From assembly GCA_965261395.1 (NCBI GenBank), contig OZ253462.1:4544001-4608000 (forward strand): a stretch of 64,000 nt of DNA, given 5' to 3'. The notes beneath the pieces were generated by a model that was not told where the DNA came from, made no database searches, and saw nothing but the letters and a program-made list of their open reading frames with translations. Within the stretch, counting starts at the first letter, position 1; the number at the start of each line of letters is the position of its first letter. The translations under genes and the position numbers were made by a program. This document shows, one piece after another, positions 37,987-48,292 of this stretch. Source of the DNA: Candidatus Latescibacterota bacterium (lineage in GTDB: Bacteria; Latescibacterota; UBA2968; UBA8231).

Positions 37987-39410
37987 CACATCGGCCCCAC
38001 CCGCCGGGGGCCCCGGTCCATCGCCGACATCGACGCGTCGAAACTCTTTTGCATCAACTCCAACTTGAGCGGCTGCGCTTGCGGCTCGTCCCACATGTTT
38101 TCGAACTCATCTGGGTCCTCTTCCAAGTCGTACAGCTCGCCCAAGGCGTGCCCGTGGTAGAGCACTAGCTTGTAGCGCTCGTCGCGGTACATGGTGGCAA
38201 AGGTGCCATCGGACGCGTCCAAGGCATCGTAGTACTCGCAGCGGACGAAGTCGCGGTGGGATGCTGTGCTCTCGCCGCGCAAAATCGGCAAGAGCGAGCG
38301 GCCGGTCATCCGCTCCGGCACCTCCAGCCCGGCCAGCTCCAGCAGCGTCGGCGCTTTGTCGGTCAGCTCGACCAGATCATCGCGCACCAAATCCTGCTCA
38401 AAGTGACCCGGCCAAGAGAAAATCAGCGGCACTCGCACCAGCCCTTCGTAAAAGCGGCAACCCTTTTGGATCAGCCCGTGGTCGCCGAGCATTTCGCCGT
38501 GGTCGGACGTAAAAATCACCACCGTATTGTCGCGCTGGCCCGTGTCTTCGAGCGCGGCCAGCATCCTGCCCACTTGGTCGTCGATCTGCTTGATCATCGC
38601 GCAGTACGCCGCCTGCAACACGCGGGCGTCCGCTCCGGGCGTCGGGCGGTCTTTGTGCAAGGGGTCGCGGATGTCGAGCTGGTCGGGCCTGCGTACCTTG
38701 GATTGGAAATCAATCGCCGCCAGCTTTTCCTGTTGTGCCAAATCGCTGTCGGCAAACAGTGGCCCGGGCATGGTCGCTGGGTCAAAGCGGTCGCGGTAGC
38801 TTTGCGGCGGATTGAACGGCGGATGTGGATCGTAGATATTGACGCTGGCCAGCCAAGGGCCGTCGCGTTTTTGGCTCATAAACTCAATGGTCTTCTCGGC
38901 GCACCACGTCGTCTGGTGGAACTCAGCCGGCAGGCCGTGGGGATATTGCTTCATCAGCTCGCCTAAGACTTCTCCCTTTTCCCGCACCCAGTCGGCATAG
39001 CCGTGCCCCTGCGGCCAGTCGTCGCGGGGCGCGTGGCTGTATTCCCAGTAGCGATACCCGTCATTGACGCGCGGCTCAATGCGGCGATGGGCGCTGGCCA
39101 AATGCAGCTTGCCAATCAGCCCGCAGTCGTACCCAGCCTCGGCCAATATCCGCGTGACCAGCGGCGGGTGGTCGGGAAAACTATCGAGGCCGTTGCCATT
39201 GATGTGGACGGCGCTGGCGTACTGGCCGGTGAGAAAACTCGCGCGGCTCGGCGTGCAGATCGGGCTTTGGCAATAGGCGTGGGTAAAGGCCACGCCTTCG
39301 GCGACTAGCTGATCGACATGCGGCGTATCGACGTGGGCATAACCGAGCGCGCCAATCGTGTCGTAGCGCTGCTGATCTGTGCAGATCCAGAGGATGTTGG
39401 GAGACGTCAT
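37986..39410 (-). CDS. Sulfatase (Cys-type formylglycine)
   Basis: Motifs PNILWICTDQQR, CTPSRASFLTG, GKLH and TSDHGEMLGDHG. Confidence 0.93.
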   Translation of the reverse strand: MTSPNILWICTDQQRYDTIGALGYAHVDTPHVDQLVAEGVAFTHAYCQSPICTPSRASFLTGQYASAVHINGNGLDSFPDHPPLVTRILAEAGYDCGLIGKLHLASAHRRIEPRVNDGYRYWEYSHAPRDDWPQGHGYADWVREKGEVLGELMKQYPHGLPAEFHQTTWCAEKTIEFMSQKRDGPWLASVNIYDPHPPFNPPQSYRDRFDPATMPGPLFADSDLAQQEKLAAIDFQSKVRRPDQLDIRDPLHKDRPTPGADARVLQAAYCAMIKQIDDQVGRMLAALEDTGQRDNTVVIFTSDHGEMLGDHGLIQKGCRFYEGLVRVPLIFSWPGHFEQDLVRDDLVELTDKAPTLLELAGLEVPERMTGRSLLPILRGESTASHRDFVRCEYYDALDASDGTFATMYRDERYKLVLYHGHALGELYDLEEDPDEFENMWDEPQAQPLKLELMQKSFDASMSAMDRGPRRVGPM

Positions 39411-40354
39411 GGCAAAAACTGCGCCACTGCCGTGCTGCGCCACTGCATCTGTTGCGCGGTCGTCTCGTGCGGCTTGAAGGCGCGGGCGACCTCGGCAATC
39501 GGCACGCCTCGCACCTCGATCCGCTCCAACTCGGCCACTCCGTAGCCCAAGGTGTCGGCGTAGTGCAAAAGGCCCAGTTCCATCGGCTCAAAGCCCATGG
39601 CCTTGGCCATGACCGCATCCACGGCAAAAACATCGGCTGACGCCGCGGCCGCGCCCATCGGCACGTCATCGGTTCCCCCAGGGCCATTGCCCTGCAAACC
39701 CACCGTGCCATCGACGATCCCAATGTCCGGCTTGAGATACTGGGCCAAGCGGATCAAGTTCACGTTGAGCACCTCGGCTTCGCTGGGCAACACGCGCTCG
39801 GCGTGTGAGGGATAGCCGTGCATCTTGATGCGATCCTCTTTGTGCAGCGTCCCCATAATCATGTTCTTCTGCGCCAACGTAACCACGCACACGTCGTGGG
39901 TCTTGGCCACGGCCACCGAAATGGTGCAGGGGCATTCGAGGACCACGCTCGGCATCCGCACAGTCGCCTCAACGCCGCCGGCCATGTAAATCTCCGTCTC
40001 TTCCCACCGCGTCTCCTGATGCAGATCGACCAAGCGAATCGGCACTGGGTATTCTTCGAGGAGATCGCCATAGCCGAAGTTGGCAAACGCCTCGCCCGAA
40101 AACTTCTCGTTGCCGCCTTCGGCAATGAGGATCTCCTCGGGCGGCTGCGCTGCGCTGAGCAAAAAGTCGATCGCGCCGCGCATGGCGTCGGCATGGGTCG
40201 AGGCGAGGGGATTTTCACTGGATAGGAAGTTCGGCTTGAGCATCACTTGGCCGGCCAGCTTCGGCTCGACGGCTTCGCGCACCAAATTTAGCGCTTGATA
40301 TACGTTGGCTTGCCGCGCACCGGCGCGAGCCAAACCCACTCGGGCTGTGTCCAT
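39407..40354 (-). CDS. DUF362 domain protein
   Basis: Motifs LKPN, KTH...TL..KN, DG.VG.QGNGP and AVDAV. Confidence 0.8.
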   Translation of the reverse strand: MDTARVGLARAGARQANVYQALNLVREAVEPKLAGQVMLKPNFLSSENPLASTHADAMRGAIDFLLSAAQPPEEILIAEGGNEKFSGEAFANFGYGDLLEEYPVPIRLVDLHQETRWEETEIYMAGGVEATVRMPSVVLECPCTISVAVAKTHDVCVVTLAQKNMIMGTLHKEDRIKMHGYPSHAERVLPSEAEVLNVNLIRLAQYLKPDIGIVDGTVGLQGNGPGGTDDVPMGAAAASADVFAVDAVMAKAMGFEPMELGLLHYADTLGYGVAELERIEVRGVPIAEVARAFKPHETTAQQMQWRSTAVAQFLP

Positions 40355-40439
40355 ATCGCATGTCTCCTTGGTTGATGATGCCTTGCTCGCTCTGCGGCCC
40401 CAATGTATCATTTCTCTTTCTCCTAATCAATCTGAGTCT

Positions 40440-41795
40440 ATGCGTCTGACCTTTGAAGAAGGCACCTTGCTCCTGCGCGACTATCGGGGCGAGGACGCGC
40501 CCCCAGCCTTTGTCTGGGATGCGCGCGTTGATCACTGGCGTGCCCAAGCCCACTTCTACCGCGAAAGCGTCGAACACCTCAAACAAAACGGAGTCGCATT
40601 CAAGAATACGGCCCCGCGCTATAATACCCTTTCCCTGCAACTGCGAACCGCGCCTGAGCCGCACCCGCACCAAGCCGAAAGCATCGCCGCCTGGCAACAG
40701 CACGGCTGCCGCGGCGTGGTCGTCTTGCCCACGGGCACGGGCAAGTCCCAGGTCGCGCTCATGGCTATGGTAGAAGTCCAGCGCAGCACCCTCGTCGTCG
40801 CTCCCACCATTGACCTGATGAATCAGTGGTACGACTTGCTCACCCGCTCGTTTGCCGTCGAGGTCGGCCTGCTCGGCGGCGGCTACCACGAGCTAGCCGA
40901 CCTGACCGTCGCCACCTACGACAGCGCCTATATGCAAATGGACCGCTACGGCAATCGCTTCGGCCTCATCGTCTTCGACGAGGTCCACCACCTGCCCGGC
41001 GAAATGTACAGCCACGCCGCCGAAATGTGCCTAGCGCCCTATCGCCTAGGGCTGACGGCCACGCCGGAACGCGCCGATGGCCGCCACGTACTCCTCGACA
41101 CCTTAGTCGGTCCTATAGCCTATGAGCGCGGCATCCGCGCCTTGTCCGGCGAGTACTTGGCCGAGTATCGCGTCGAGCGCCGCCAAGTGGATATGGTCGC
41201 CGAGGAGCGCGTCCAGTACGAGGCCGCCCGCGACGAGTACCGGGCCTTCCTCGTCGACAAGAACATCCGCCTCGGCACGACCGATGGCTGGCGGCACTTT
41301 GTCATGCTCTCGGCCAAAAGCACCAGCGGCCGGCGCGCCATGCACGCCTACCGCCGCCATCGCCAACTCGCCCTCGGCGCGACCGCCAAGCTCCGCGTCC
41401 TCGAAGACATCCTCAAGGCCCACCCGCGCGACCGCGTGTTGATTTTTACCAACGACAACGAGACCGTCCATCAGATCTCCCGTACCTTCCTAGTCCCGGC
41501 CATTACCCACCGCACCCGCACGCGAGAGCGCAAGGACATCCTCGAGGCCTTCAACAAGGGGGAGTACCTCGCCCTCGTCGCCTCAAAAGTGCTCAACGAG
41601 GGCGTCAATATCCCCGAAGCCAACGTCGCGGTGGTCCTCTCCGGCTCGGGCACCATCCGCGAGCACGTCCAGCGCCTCGGGCGCATCCTCCGCCGTCGCC
41701 AAGGCAAAGAGGCCGTGCTCTACGAAGTGATCTCCAAAGACACGGTCGAAGATAACATCAGCGACCGCCGCCGCCGCCACGAAGCCTACGAGTAG
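40440..41795 (+). CDS. XPB/Rad25-like SF2 helicase
   Basis: Motifs VLPTGTGKS, DEVHHL, LGLTATPER, VLNEGVN and QRLGRILR. Confidence 0.92.
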   Translation: MRLTFEEGTLLLRDYRGEDAPPAFVWDARVDHWRAQAHFYRESVEHLKQNGVAFKNTAPRYNTLSLQLRTAPEPHPHQAESIAAWQQHGCRGVVVLPTGTGKSQVALMAMVEVQRSTLVVAPTIDLMNQWYDLLTRSFAVEVGLLGGGYHELADLTVATYDSAYMQMDRYGNRFGLIVFDEVHHLPGEMYSHAAEMCLAPYRLGLTATPERADGRHVLLDTLVGPIAYERGIRALSGEYLAEYRVERRQVDMVAEERVQYEAARDEYRAFLVDKNIRLGTTDGWRHFVMLSAKSTSGRRAMHAYRRHRQLALGATAKLRVLEDILKAHPRDRVLIFTNDNETVHQISRTFLVPAITHRTRTRERKDILEAFNKGEYLALVASKVLNEGVNIPEANVAVVLSGSGTIREHVQRLGRILRRRQGKEAVLYEVISKDTVEDNISDRRRRHEAYE

Positions 41796-41800
41796 GCACC

Positions 41801-43039
41801 GTGCTGACCTCAGACCTCCTGCTTACTCGCTCGCGCGGCCCCTATATCGAACCGCGCTATGTCGCCGTCGAGGACCCGGCCTTCATCGACCTAGCCCAAG
41901 CGCTCATCGAGATCCACGCCGAACATCAAGGCAAAACTCGGCGGGAGCTACAACGCGCCCTCCACTTGCTCGCCGGGGATCGCACTGACTACCGCATCCA
42001 GCGCGGCCTAGCCAAGCTGCTCTGCGACCACTACTGCGAGTTCCACGTCGCCAGCCCTCAGCCCCCTGAAGAATTGCGCCATGCCGTTTTTACGCTGGCC
42101 CGCGCCCACCATCCGGTCGTCCGCGAGACCAGCCTCATCTACCCAGTCAAGCGCGAGGATCTACTGGAGCAGGTCGCCCTCAAACACCAGATCAGCAGTG
42201 AAGAGGTGCTCGCAGGGCTGTACGCCGACCTGCCCGAAAACCACCAGCTTGCGACCTTTGCCGCGCCCTCGCCCAACGAGTTGCTCCTGCGCTACAACGT
42301 GGCACTGGCCCAAGCCATGCTCTACCGCTGCGAAGTCCTGCGCCTGAGCGTCTATCGCAACCTGCCGGTGCGCTACAAGCAGCTCTTCAAATTCATCAAG
42401 TTCTACCGACTGATCCACACCATCGAAGGCGATGTCGATGCCGGCTATGAGATCGCCCTCGACGGCCCGGTGAGCATGTTCCGCCACTCGCAGAAATACG
42501 GCTTACAAATGGCGGTTTTCCTTCCGGCCCTATTGCTGTGTACCCGCTGGTCAATGCAAGCCGATATTGTCCGCAAGGACGGCCGCCGCCAGCACTTCGT
42601 CCTCGATGACCAATCGGGCCTAGTCTCCCACTACCGAGACCAGACCCTGTACGACTCGCTGCTGGAGGAAACGTTTGCCACGCGCTTTGCCAAGGCCAAA
42701 ACCCAATGGCAGCTCGAACGCGAGAGCGAAGTGGTCAACCTCAAAGAGACGGTGATGATCCCGGACTTCACCTTCCGCCATCCCGATGGCCGCATGGCGA
42801 TTTTGGAAATCATGGGCTACTGGCGGCCGGAGTACCTGCGGCGCAAGCTCGAAAAGCTGCGCCAAGCCCAGCGCAAGGACTTGCTCGTGGCCGTCTCGTC
42901 CAATCTCAATGTCAGCGAGGATGATTTTAAGAACGTGCCCGGCGGGGTCTTCTTTTTTCGCAATAAGGTCCAGCCCAAAGACGTCATACACTTATTGGAC
43001 CAGATCGAACCGCCCACCGCTGGGCAACCTAGCGAGTGA
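41801..43039 (+). CDS. DUF790 family (Bax1-like) nuclease
   Basis: Motifs RYNVALAQ, DGP.S.F..SQKYG, YDS.LE..F and IPDF.F...EIMGYW..EYL.RK; coupled to the XPB-like helicase. Confidence 0.88.
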   Translation: MLTSDLLLTRSRGPYIEPRYVAVEDPAFIDLAQALIEIHAEHQGKTRRELQRALHLLAGDRTDYRIQRGLAKLLCDHYCEFHVASPQPPEELRHAVFTLARAHHPVVRETSLIYPVKREDLLEQVALKHQISSEEVLAGLYADLPENHQLATFAAPSPNELLLRYNVALAQAMLYRCEVLRLSVYRNLPVRYKQLFKFIKFYRLIHTIEGDVDAGYEIALDGPVSMFRHSQKYGLQMAVFLPALLLCTRWSMQADIVRKDGRRQHFVLDDQSGLVSHYRDQTLYDSLLEETFATRFAKAKTQWQLERESEVVNLKETVMIPDFTFRHPDGRMAILEIMGYWRPEYLRRKLEKLRQAQRKDLLVAVSSNLNVSEDDFKNVPGGVFFFRNKVQPKDVIHLLDQIEPPTAGQPSE

Positions 43040-43166
43040 GCATTACATTGTGAACTCCCGCAGGGGCGCGTGGAAATGGCAGCCTGCTGCGGGATCGTTC
43101 TTCCATTCGGAAACCTAGCAACCCTCCACGACAGCTAAACGGTCGTGCAAAACCCTAGGAGCAACC

Positions 43167-43838
43167 ATGGACGGCATTCACGACATGGGCGGGATGCATG
43201 GATTTGGCCCCATTATACGCGAAGAAAACGAACCTCTATTCCACCATCCCTGGGAGGGCCGGGTACTTGCCATATCTGTAGCGACACCTGTACCGATCCC
43301 CGGAGGCTCCCGCAACAACATCGAAAACATGGATCCAGCACACTATCTGTCGTCCAGCTATTACGAAAAATGGCTGCACTCCCGCATTAAAGGGCTGATT
43401 GACGCCGGCGTGCTAACCCCGGAAGAATTGGAGACGCGGATGGCACTTTTCCGGGACGATCCCAATGCCGAAATCCCGGTGCATCCCGATCCCGATGCTG
43501 TACAAGCGGAACTCAAGCGCTCGCGCCCTGCGGATTCATCTCCACAGCCAATGGATATCCAACCGCAATTTTCCACGGGCGACCGCGTACGCTCGCGCAG
43601 TATCCACCCCGCAGGCCACACCCGGCTTCCCCGATACGCGCGGGGCAAATACGGTACGGTCACCAATTTCTACGGCATCTACAATCTCCAAGACGCCGAA
43701 CTGCCCGCAGGATGTGCAACTCGCCAGCAGCCCTTATATGCCGTGCGCTTTGACGCCGCGGAACTGTGGGGTAGTGCCGCTGAAACAAAAAGTGCCGTCT
43801 ATCTGGATATGTGGGAAAGCTACCTAGAACCGGCGTAA
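43167..43838 (+). CDS. nthB: Nitrile hydratase beta subunit
   Basis: Motifs [34 protein letters not shown] and D.WESYLE. Confidence 0.95.
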   Translation: MDGIHDMGGMHGFGPIIREENEPLFHHPWEGRVLAISVATPVPIPGGSRNNIENMDPAHYLSSSYYEKWLHSRIKGLIDAGVLTPEELETRMALFRDDPNAEIPVHPDPDAVQAELKRSRPADSSPQPMDIQPQFSTGDRVRSRSIHPAGHTRLPRYARGKYGTVTNFYGIYNLQDAELPAGCATRQQPLYAVRFDAAELWGSAAETKSAVYLDMWESYLEPA

Positions 43839-43860
43839 CCAATTACAAAAGGATTTTGTT

Positions 43861-44469
43861 ATGGACAATCTTCGCGAAGCGCCCCAAACCGAGACGGGCG
43901 CAGCCCTGCGTACCAGAGCACTCGAATCGCTCCTGATCGAAAAGGGATTACTTACAACGGATCTTATAGACGAAATTGTGCAGAAATATGAACAAGACGT
44001 AGGCCCGCTCAATGGTGCCAAAGTGGTTGCCCGCGCCTGGATTGACCCGGACTATAAGCGACGACTGCTGGAAGACGGCACCGCGGCTATTGCCGAATTG
44101 GGTTTTGGCGACGCCCAGGGCTCCAAAATCGTCGTCCTGGAAAACACCTCAAGCGTCCACCACGTCGTCGTCTGCACCCTTTGCTCCTGTTATCCTTGGT
44201 CCGTCCTCGGCCTGCCGCCGAATTGGTACAAGTCCTACGCGTATCGCTCCCGGGTGGTGCGGGAGCCGAGAGCGGTCTTGCGGGAATTTGACCTCGATCT
44301 ACCCGATTCGGTCGAAATCCGCGTCTGGGACAGCAACTCGGATCTCCGCTACATGGTGCTACCCGAACGCCCTGTCGGCACGGAAGACCATACCGAAGAA
44401 CAGCTCGTTTCGCTTGTCACGCGCGACTCAATGATCGGCGTGGCGAAGATTGAACCTGCTGCAAAGTGA
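43861..44469 (+). CDS. nthA: Nitrile hydratase alpha subunit, cobalt type
   Basis: VCTLCSCY metal motif; Thr and Tyr indicate the Co type. Confidence 0.96.
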   Translation: MDNLREAPQTETGAALRTRALESLLIEKGLLTTDLIDEIVQKYEQDVGPLNGAKVVARAWIDPDYKRRLLEDGTAAIAELGFGDAQGSKIVVLENTSSVHHVVVCTLCSCYPWSVLGLPPNWYKSYAYRSRVVREPRAVLREFDLDLPDSVEIRVWDSNSDLRYMVLPERPVGTEDHTEEQLVSLVTRDSMIGVAKIEPAAK

Positions 44470-44476
44470 GTCCGAG

Positions 44477-44836
44477 ATGACGCAAAAAACCGACGGACAA
44501 ATCTCTGTAATGGAAGCACAAATCGCCCTGCCCAGAGAGAATGGAGAACTGGTTTTTCAGGCACCTTGGGAAGCACGCGCTTTTGGCCTTGCCGTTGCAC
44601 TCAACGAAAAAGAGAGCTACGAGTGGCGCGAGTTCAGTGCGGAACTGGCTGCAAAAATCGCCGCGGCCGAACAAAACAACGACCCATCGAGCTATTATGC
44701 CCGATGGGTCGCATCGCTCGAAGAGTTGATCATTGCGAAGGGCCTGATCAGTCGGGAACAACTAGACGCCAGAACAGCGGAATACGCCGCTGGCATTGAC
44801 GACGAGCACGATCATCACCACGATCACGAGCATTAG
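44477..44836 (+). CDS. Nitrile hydratase accessory/activator protein (P14K/NhlE-like)
   Basis: Motifs FQAPWEARAF and YY.RW..SLE; His-rich tail DEHDHHHDHEH. Confidence 0.88.
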   Translation: MTQKTDGQISVMEAQIALPRENGELVFQAPWEARAFGLAVALNEKESYEWREFSAELAAKIAAAEQNNDPSSYYARWVASLEELIIAKGLISREQLDARTAEYAAGIDDEHDHHHDHEH

Positions 44837-44849
44837 TGGATAAGACCGC

Positions 44850-45020
44850 TACGTACGGCGCAAGCTCGACAAACTGCGCCAAATCCAACGCCGCGACCCC
44901 AACCTCAACGTCAGCGAAGACGACTTCGCCGATGTACCGGGGGTCTTCTTCTTGCGGAACAAAATCCAGCCCAAGGACGTCATAAGCCTATTAGACCAGA
45001 CCCCACTGCCCACCCAATAA
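44850..45020 (+). pseudogene. Diverged duplicate of the DUF790 3' end
   Basis: YVRRKLDKLRQIQRRDPNLNVSEDDFADVPGVFFLRNKIQPKDVISLLDQTPLPTQ* aligns with 42833-43039 YLRRKLEKLRQAQRKD...NLNVSEDDFKNVPGGVFFFRNKVQPKDVIHLLDQ. Confidence 0.88.
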
Positions 45021-45023
45021 GCC

Positions 45024-46904
45024 ATGCAGCCATTTCTCGCCGCCCTCCACCACCGCCCCTTGCTCGCCGATGGTGCCTTGGGCTCTTATCTGTTCGCGCT
45101 TACCGGCCGCGTCTCCGAGCAAAATCACCTCTACGAAGCCTTCAATCTCGCCCGCCCAGAGCTCGTTCGTCAGCTCCACCTCGAATATCTGCAAGCCGGT
45201 GCCCAATGCCTGACCAGCAATTCCTTTGCCGCCAACGCGACCTATCCCTCCGCTGCGCCCATCGCCGAGATCAACGCGACTGCCGTGCGCTTGGCACGCG
45301 AGGCCATTGACCAATACCGCCAACAGGACCAGTGCAGTGCCCCTTTGTTCGTCCTCGGCTCCCTAGGCCCGCCCCTGCCGGCGACCCAATCCCCGCGCAC
45401 GGCCAGCGACCTATACCGCGCCCAAATCGAGACCCTCGTCGAGAGCGGCGTCGACGCCCTGCTGTTGGAGACTTTTACTTGCCTCGAGCAGGTCGTCGCC
45501 CTCTTAGAGCTCCTACAGGACCTCGACAACCCCGCGCCGGTCATCGTCCAGATGGCCTTGCACCAGCGCGACGGCACGTGGAAGCAATCCCCCCAAGCAT
45601 ACGTCCAAACAGCCGCGGCCTTGGGCGCACATGTCGTTGGCATCAACTGCTGTGCGCTCGCGGAAGCGCGGGCCTTCCTCGACGCGGTGCAAGAATGTGC
45701 ATCCGTGCGCGACGGCCAAGTCCAACTCGCGGTTATGCCCAACGGCGGCGATTTCCGGCGCGTGGGCCATCGCTACCTGACGGGCGTCAACCCCGAGTGC
45801 ATGGGGCGCTTTGCCCGCGAAATGGCGCACAAGGGCGTGCGCCTCATCGGCGGCTGCTGCGAGGTCCATCCTCCCCACGTCCACGAGATGTACAGCTACC
45901 TCCACAGCCTTGCGGCCGGGGAGAGCACCGTCCCCTTGGCAAGGACGTCGGACCAGCAGCCAACCGACGCAGCCGCCAAGCGCCGCAATGGCCCGTTCTC
46001 GCGCAAGCTCGTCGAGGGCCAATTCGCAGTCAGTGTCGAGCTACTGCCCCCGCGTGGCACCGGCGGGCTAAAAGCCCGGCTCGCTTTTGTCGCCGAGTTG
46101 GCCGCCTCGGGCTTGGTCGATGCCCTAGACATAACCGATGGCTCACGCGGTATCCCCCTAATGCCGCCGGGCGACTTCGTTCACCTCATCCGCCACCGCT
46201 TGCGCTGGTCGCGCGACCTCCTCGAGCTAATTCCCCATTGCACCAGCCGTGACCTCAACACCATGGGGTTGCAAAGCCGGCTCATCGGCTATTGGGCCAA
46301 CCGCATCCACAACGTACTCTTCATCACCGGCGACCCCCCGAAAATGGCACCGACTTATCCGCGCTCCACTGCTGTTTTCGACCTCGACTCCACTGCCCTC
46401 ATTCGCTATACCCACGCCTTTCTCAATGCTGGACTGGACTTTGGCGGCCAACCGCTCGGCTCGCACCGCGACCCCCGCACCCACTTTACCATTGGCACCG
46501 GCTGCAAGCCAGAAGCCCTCGATCTCCAGCGCGAGTGGGAGCGACTGGCACACAAAATCGACGCAGGAGCCGATTACGTAATGACCCAGCCGACCTTTGA
46601 CCGCAAGGCCCTAGCGGCCTTGACCGCCTATCGCGCCCAGGTGCCGATTGTGGTGGGGGTGATGGTGCTGCGGGGGTTGGAACACGCCCGGCGCATTGCC
46701 GAGGTGCCCGGGGTGGTTGTGCCGGAAAAGATTTTTGCAAGGCTGGCCGCGTATGCGGACCCGGCCGACCAAGCCAAAGCGGGCATCGAACTGGCTGCCG
46801 AGCAAGTGCGTCAAGTCCGTGCGGAGGGCTGGAGCGGGCTGTACCTGATGTCGCCAGCAGGGCACCAGCCGGTACTAAAGGTACTCAAGCAGGGTCTGGA
46901 CTGA
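45024..46904 (+). CDS. yitJ: Bifunctional homocysteine S-methyltransferase / methylenetetrahydrofolate reductase
   Basis: HMT domain (DGALG, GINC, IGGCC) plus MTHFR domain (SVELLPPRG, TGDPP, GADYVMTQP). Confidence 0.88.
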   Translation: MQPFLAALHHRPLLADGALGSYLFALTGRVSEQNHLYEAFNLARPELVRQLHLEYLQAGAQCLTSNSFAANATYPSAAPIAEINATAVRLAREAIDQYRQQDQCSAPLFVLGSLGPPLPATQSPRTASDLYRAQIETLVESGVDALLLETFTCLEQVVALLELLQDLDNPAPVIVQMALHQRDGTWKQSPQAYVQTAAALGAHVVGINCCALAEARAFLDAVQECASVRDGQVQLAVMPNGGDFRRVGHRYLTGVNPECMGRFAREMAHKGVRLIGGCCEVHPPHVHEMYSYLHSLAAGESTVPLARTSDQQPTDAAAKRRNGPFSRKLVEGQFAVSVELLPPRGTGGLKARLAFVAELAASGLVDALDITDGSRGIPLMPPGDFVHLIRHRLRWSRDLLELIPHCTSRDLNTMGLQSRLIGYWANRIHNVLFITGDPPKMAPTYPRSTAVFDLDSTALIRYTHAFLNAGLDFGGQPLGSHRDPRTHFTIGTGCKPEALDLQREWERLAHKIDAGADYVMTQPTFDRKALAALTAYRAQVPIVVGVMVLRGLEHARRIAEVPGVVVPEKIFARLAAYADPADQAKAGIELAAEQVRQVRAEGWSGLYLMSPAGHQPVLKVLKQGLD

Positions 46905-46925
46905 ACGCACGCTGCACAAACCGCC

Positions 46926-46956
46926 CTACTATCTGCGTCCATCTGCGGATCATCTT
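46926..46956. repeat. Dispersed ATCTGCGTCC decamer repeat element, copy 1
   Basis: CTACT-ATCTGCGTCC-ATCTGCGG-ATCATCTT; same flanks as the copy at 56359-56410. Confidence 0.75.
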
Positions 46957-46961
46957 GTGAA

Positions 46962-48287
46962 TTAGGCGGCAGGCTCAGCGCTAAATTTGCGCTGCACGAA
47001 GCGCAACGCGGATCGGTAGCTGTCGAGCTGCCCTTCCAACTGGGCGTCCTCGACGGCAGTGAGAATTTCCCTAAACAAGGGTCCAGGAGCAAAGCCCAAG
47101 GCGATTAGGTCGGCTCCCGTGAGCAAAGCCGGCGGGCGCAGATGTTCCTTTTTTGTTAGGTCGTCCAACTGCTCTTGGCAAAACTCGTATAGGTCGAGCT
47201 TACCGTGGCTGGCCAAGCAATCGGCGCGATGCAATTGGAGCAACTCCGGGAAGTGCGGCTCGCGCAACAGACGCGCGAGCGTACTCGGGCGCATCTGGTA
47301 CACGTGACCGATTCGCATGTGGTCGGCCACGAGCGTGCAGATGACCCTCCGCGCCTCGTTGGACATCCGCAGCCGCCCGCAGATCGCCGCCGCCATTTTG
47401 CCCCCAACCGCGTCGTGGCCGTGGAAGCGGATGCGCTCGGCTCGCACCATAGTTGACGGCTTGCCAATGTCGTGGAGCAACGCGCTCCAAGCCAGCTCAG
47501 CCGACGGCTTGTCGAGATATTTAAAAAGGAGCTGGACGTGGGTCCACACATCGCCTTCGGGATGGAATTCAGCCTCCTGCGGCACGCCCCGCATGGCCGC
47601 GACTTCCGGCAGCACGACCTGCAGCAGGCCCGACTGGTCCAAAAGACGCAAGCCGCACCCGGCCCGGCCATCGGTCAACAGCAGGGTCAGCTCGTCGCGG
47701 AGGCGCTCGGCACTGACACCGACAATGCACCCGGCCCGGGCGCAGAGCGCGTCCCACGTCGCGGGTTCGATGGTAAAGCCGAGCCGGGCGGCAAAGCGCA
47801 CGGCCCGCAACAGGCGCAAGTTGTCTTCGGCAAAGCGCGCGACCGGGTCGCCGATGGCGCGGATAATCCCAGCGTGGAGATCGCGCTGCCCGTCGACGTA
47901 ATCGAGGAGCGCGCCGTTCTCCGGGTCGTATAACAGGCCGTTGATGGTAAAGTCGCGGCGCTGGGCGTCGGCGCGGGCGTCGGCCGGCTCGATGGATGCG
48001 GGATGGCGGCCATTGCGGTACGGGCCGTCGCGGCGGAAGCGCGCCACCTCGTAGTCGCCCTCGTCGAGCATCACCACCGAGATGCCAAACTGCGTGCCTA
48101 CCGCCACCGTGTGCTCAAAGAGCACAGCCACTTCTTCTGGCCCGGCATCCGTAGCCACATCCCAGTCCTTGGGCACGCGGCCCAACGCCAAGTCGCGCAC
48201 ACATCCACCGGCCAACAGGGCTTGGAAGCCGGCCCGGCGCAAGGTTTCGACGACGCGCAGGGCCCCAGAGTCTATATCTGCGTCCAT
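46962..48287 (-). CDS. cca: CCA tRNA nucleotidyltransferase with HD domain
   Basis: Motifs GGCVRD, DWDVAT, RRDFTING, ED.LRLLRAVRF, HPEGDVWTH and LLHDIGKP. Confidence 0.92.
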   Translation of the reverse strand: MDADIDSGALRVVETLRRAGFQALLAGGCVRDLALGRVPKDWDVATDAGPEEVAVLFEHTVAVGTQFGISVVMLDEGDYEVARFRRDGPYRNGRHPASIEPADARADAQRRDFTINGLLYDPENGALLDYVDGQRDLHAGIIRAIGDPVARFAEDNLRLLRAVRFAARLGFTIEPATWDALCARAGCIVGVSAERLRDELTLLLTDGRAGCGLRLLDQSGLLQVVLPEVAAMRGVPQEAEFHPEGDVWTHVQLLFKYLDKPSAELAWSALLHDIGKPSTMVRAERIRFHGHDAVGGKMAAAICGRLRMSNEARRVICTLVADHMRIGHVYQMRPSTLARLLREPHFPELLQLHRADCLASHGKLDLYEFCQEQLDDLTKKEHLRPPALLTGADLIALGFAPGPLFREILTAVEDAQLEGQLDSYRSALRFVQRKFSAEPAA

Positions 48288-48292
48288 CCTAT

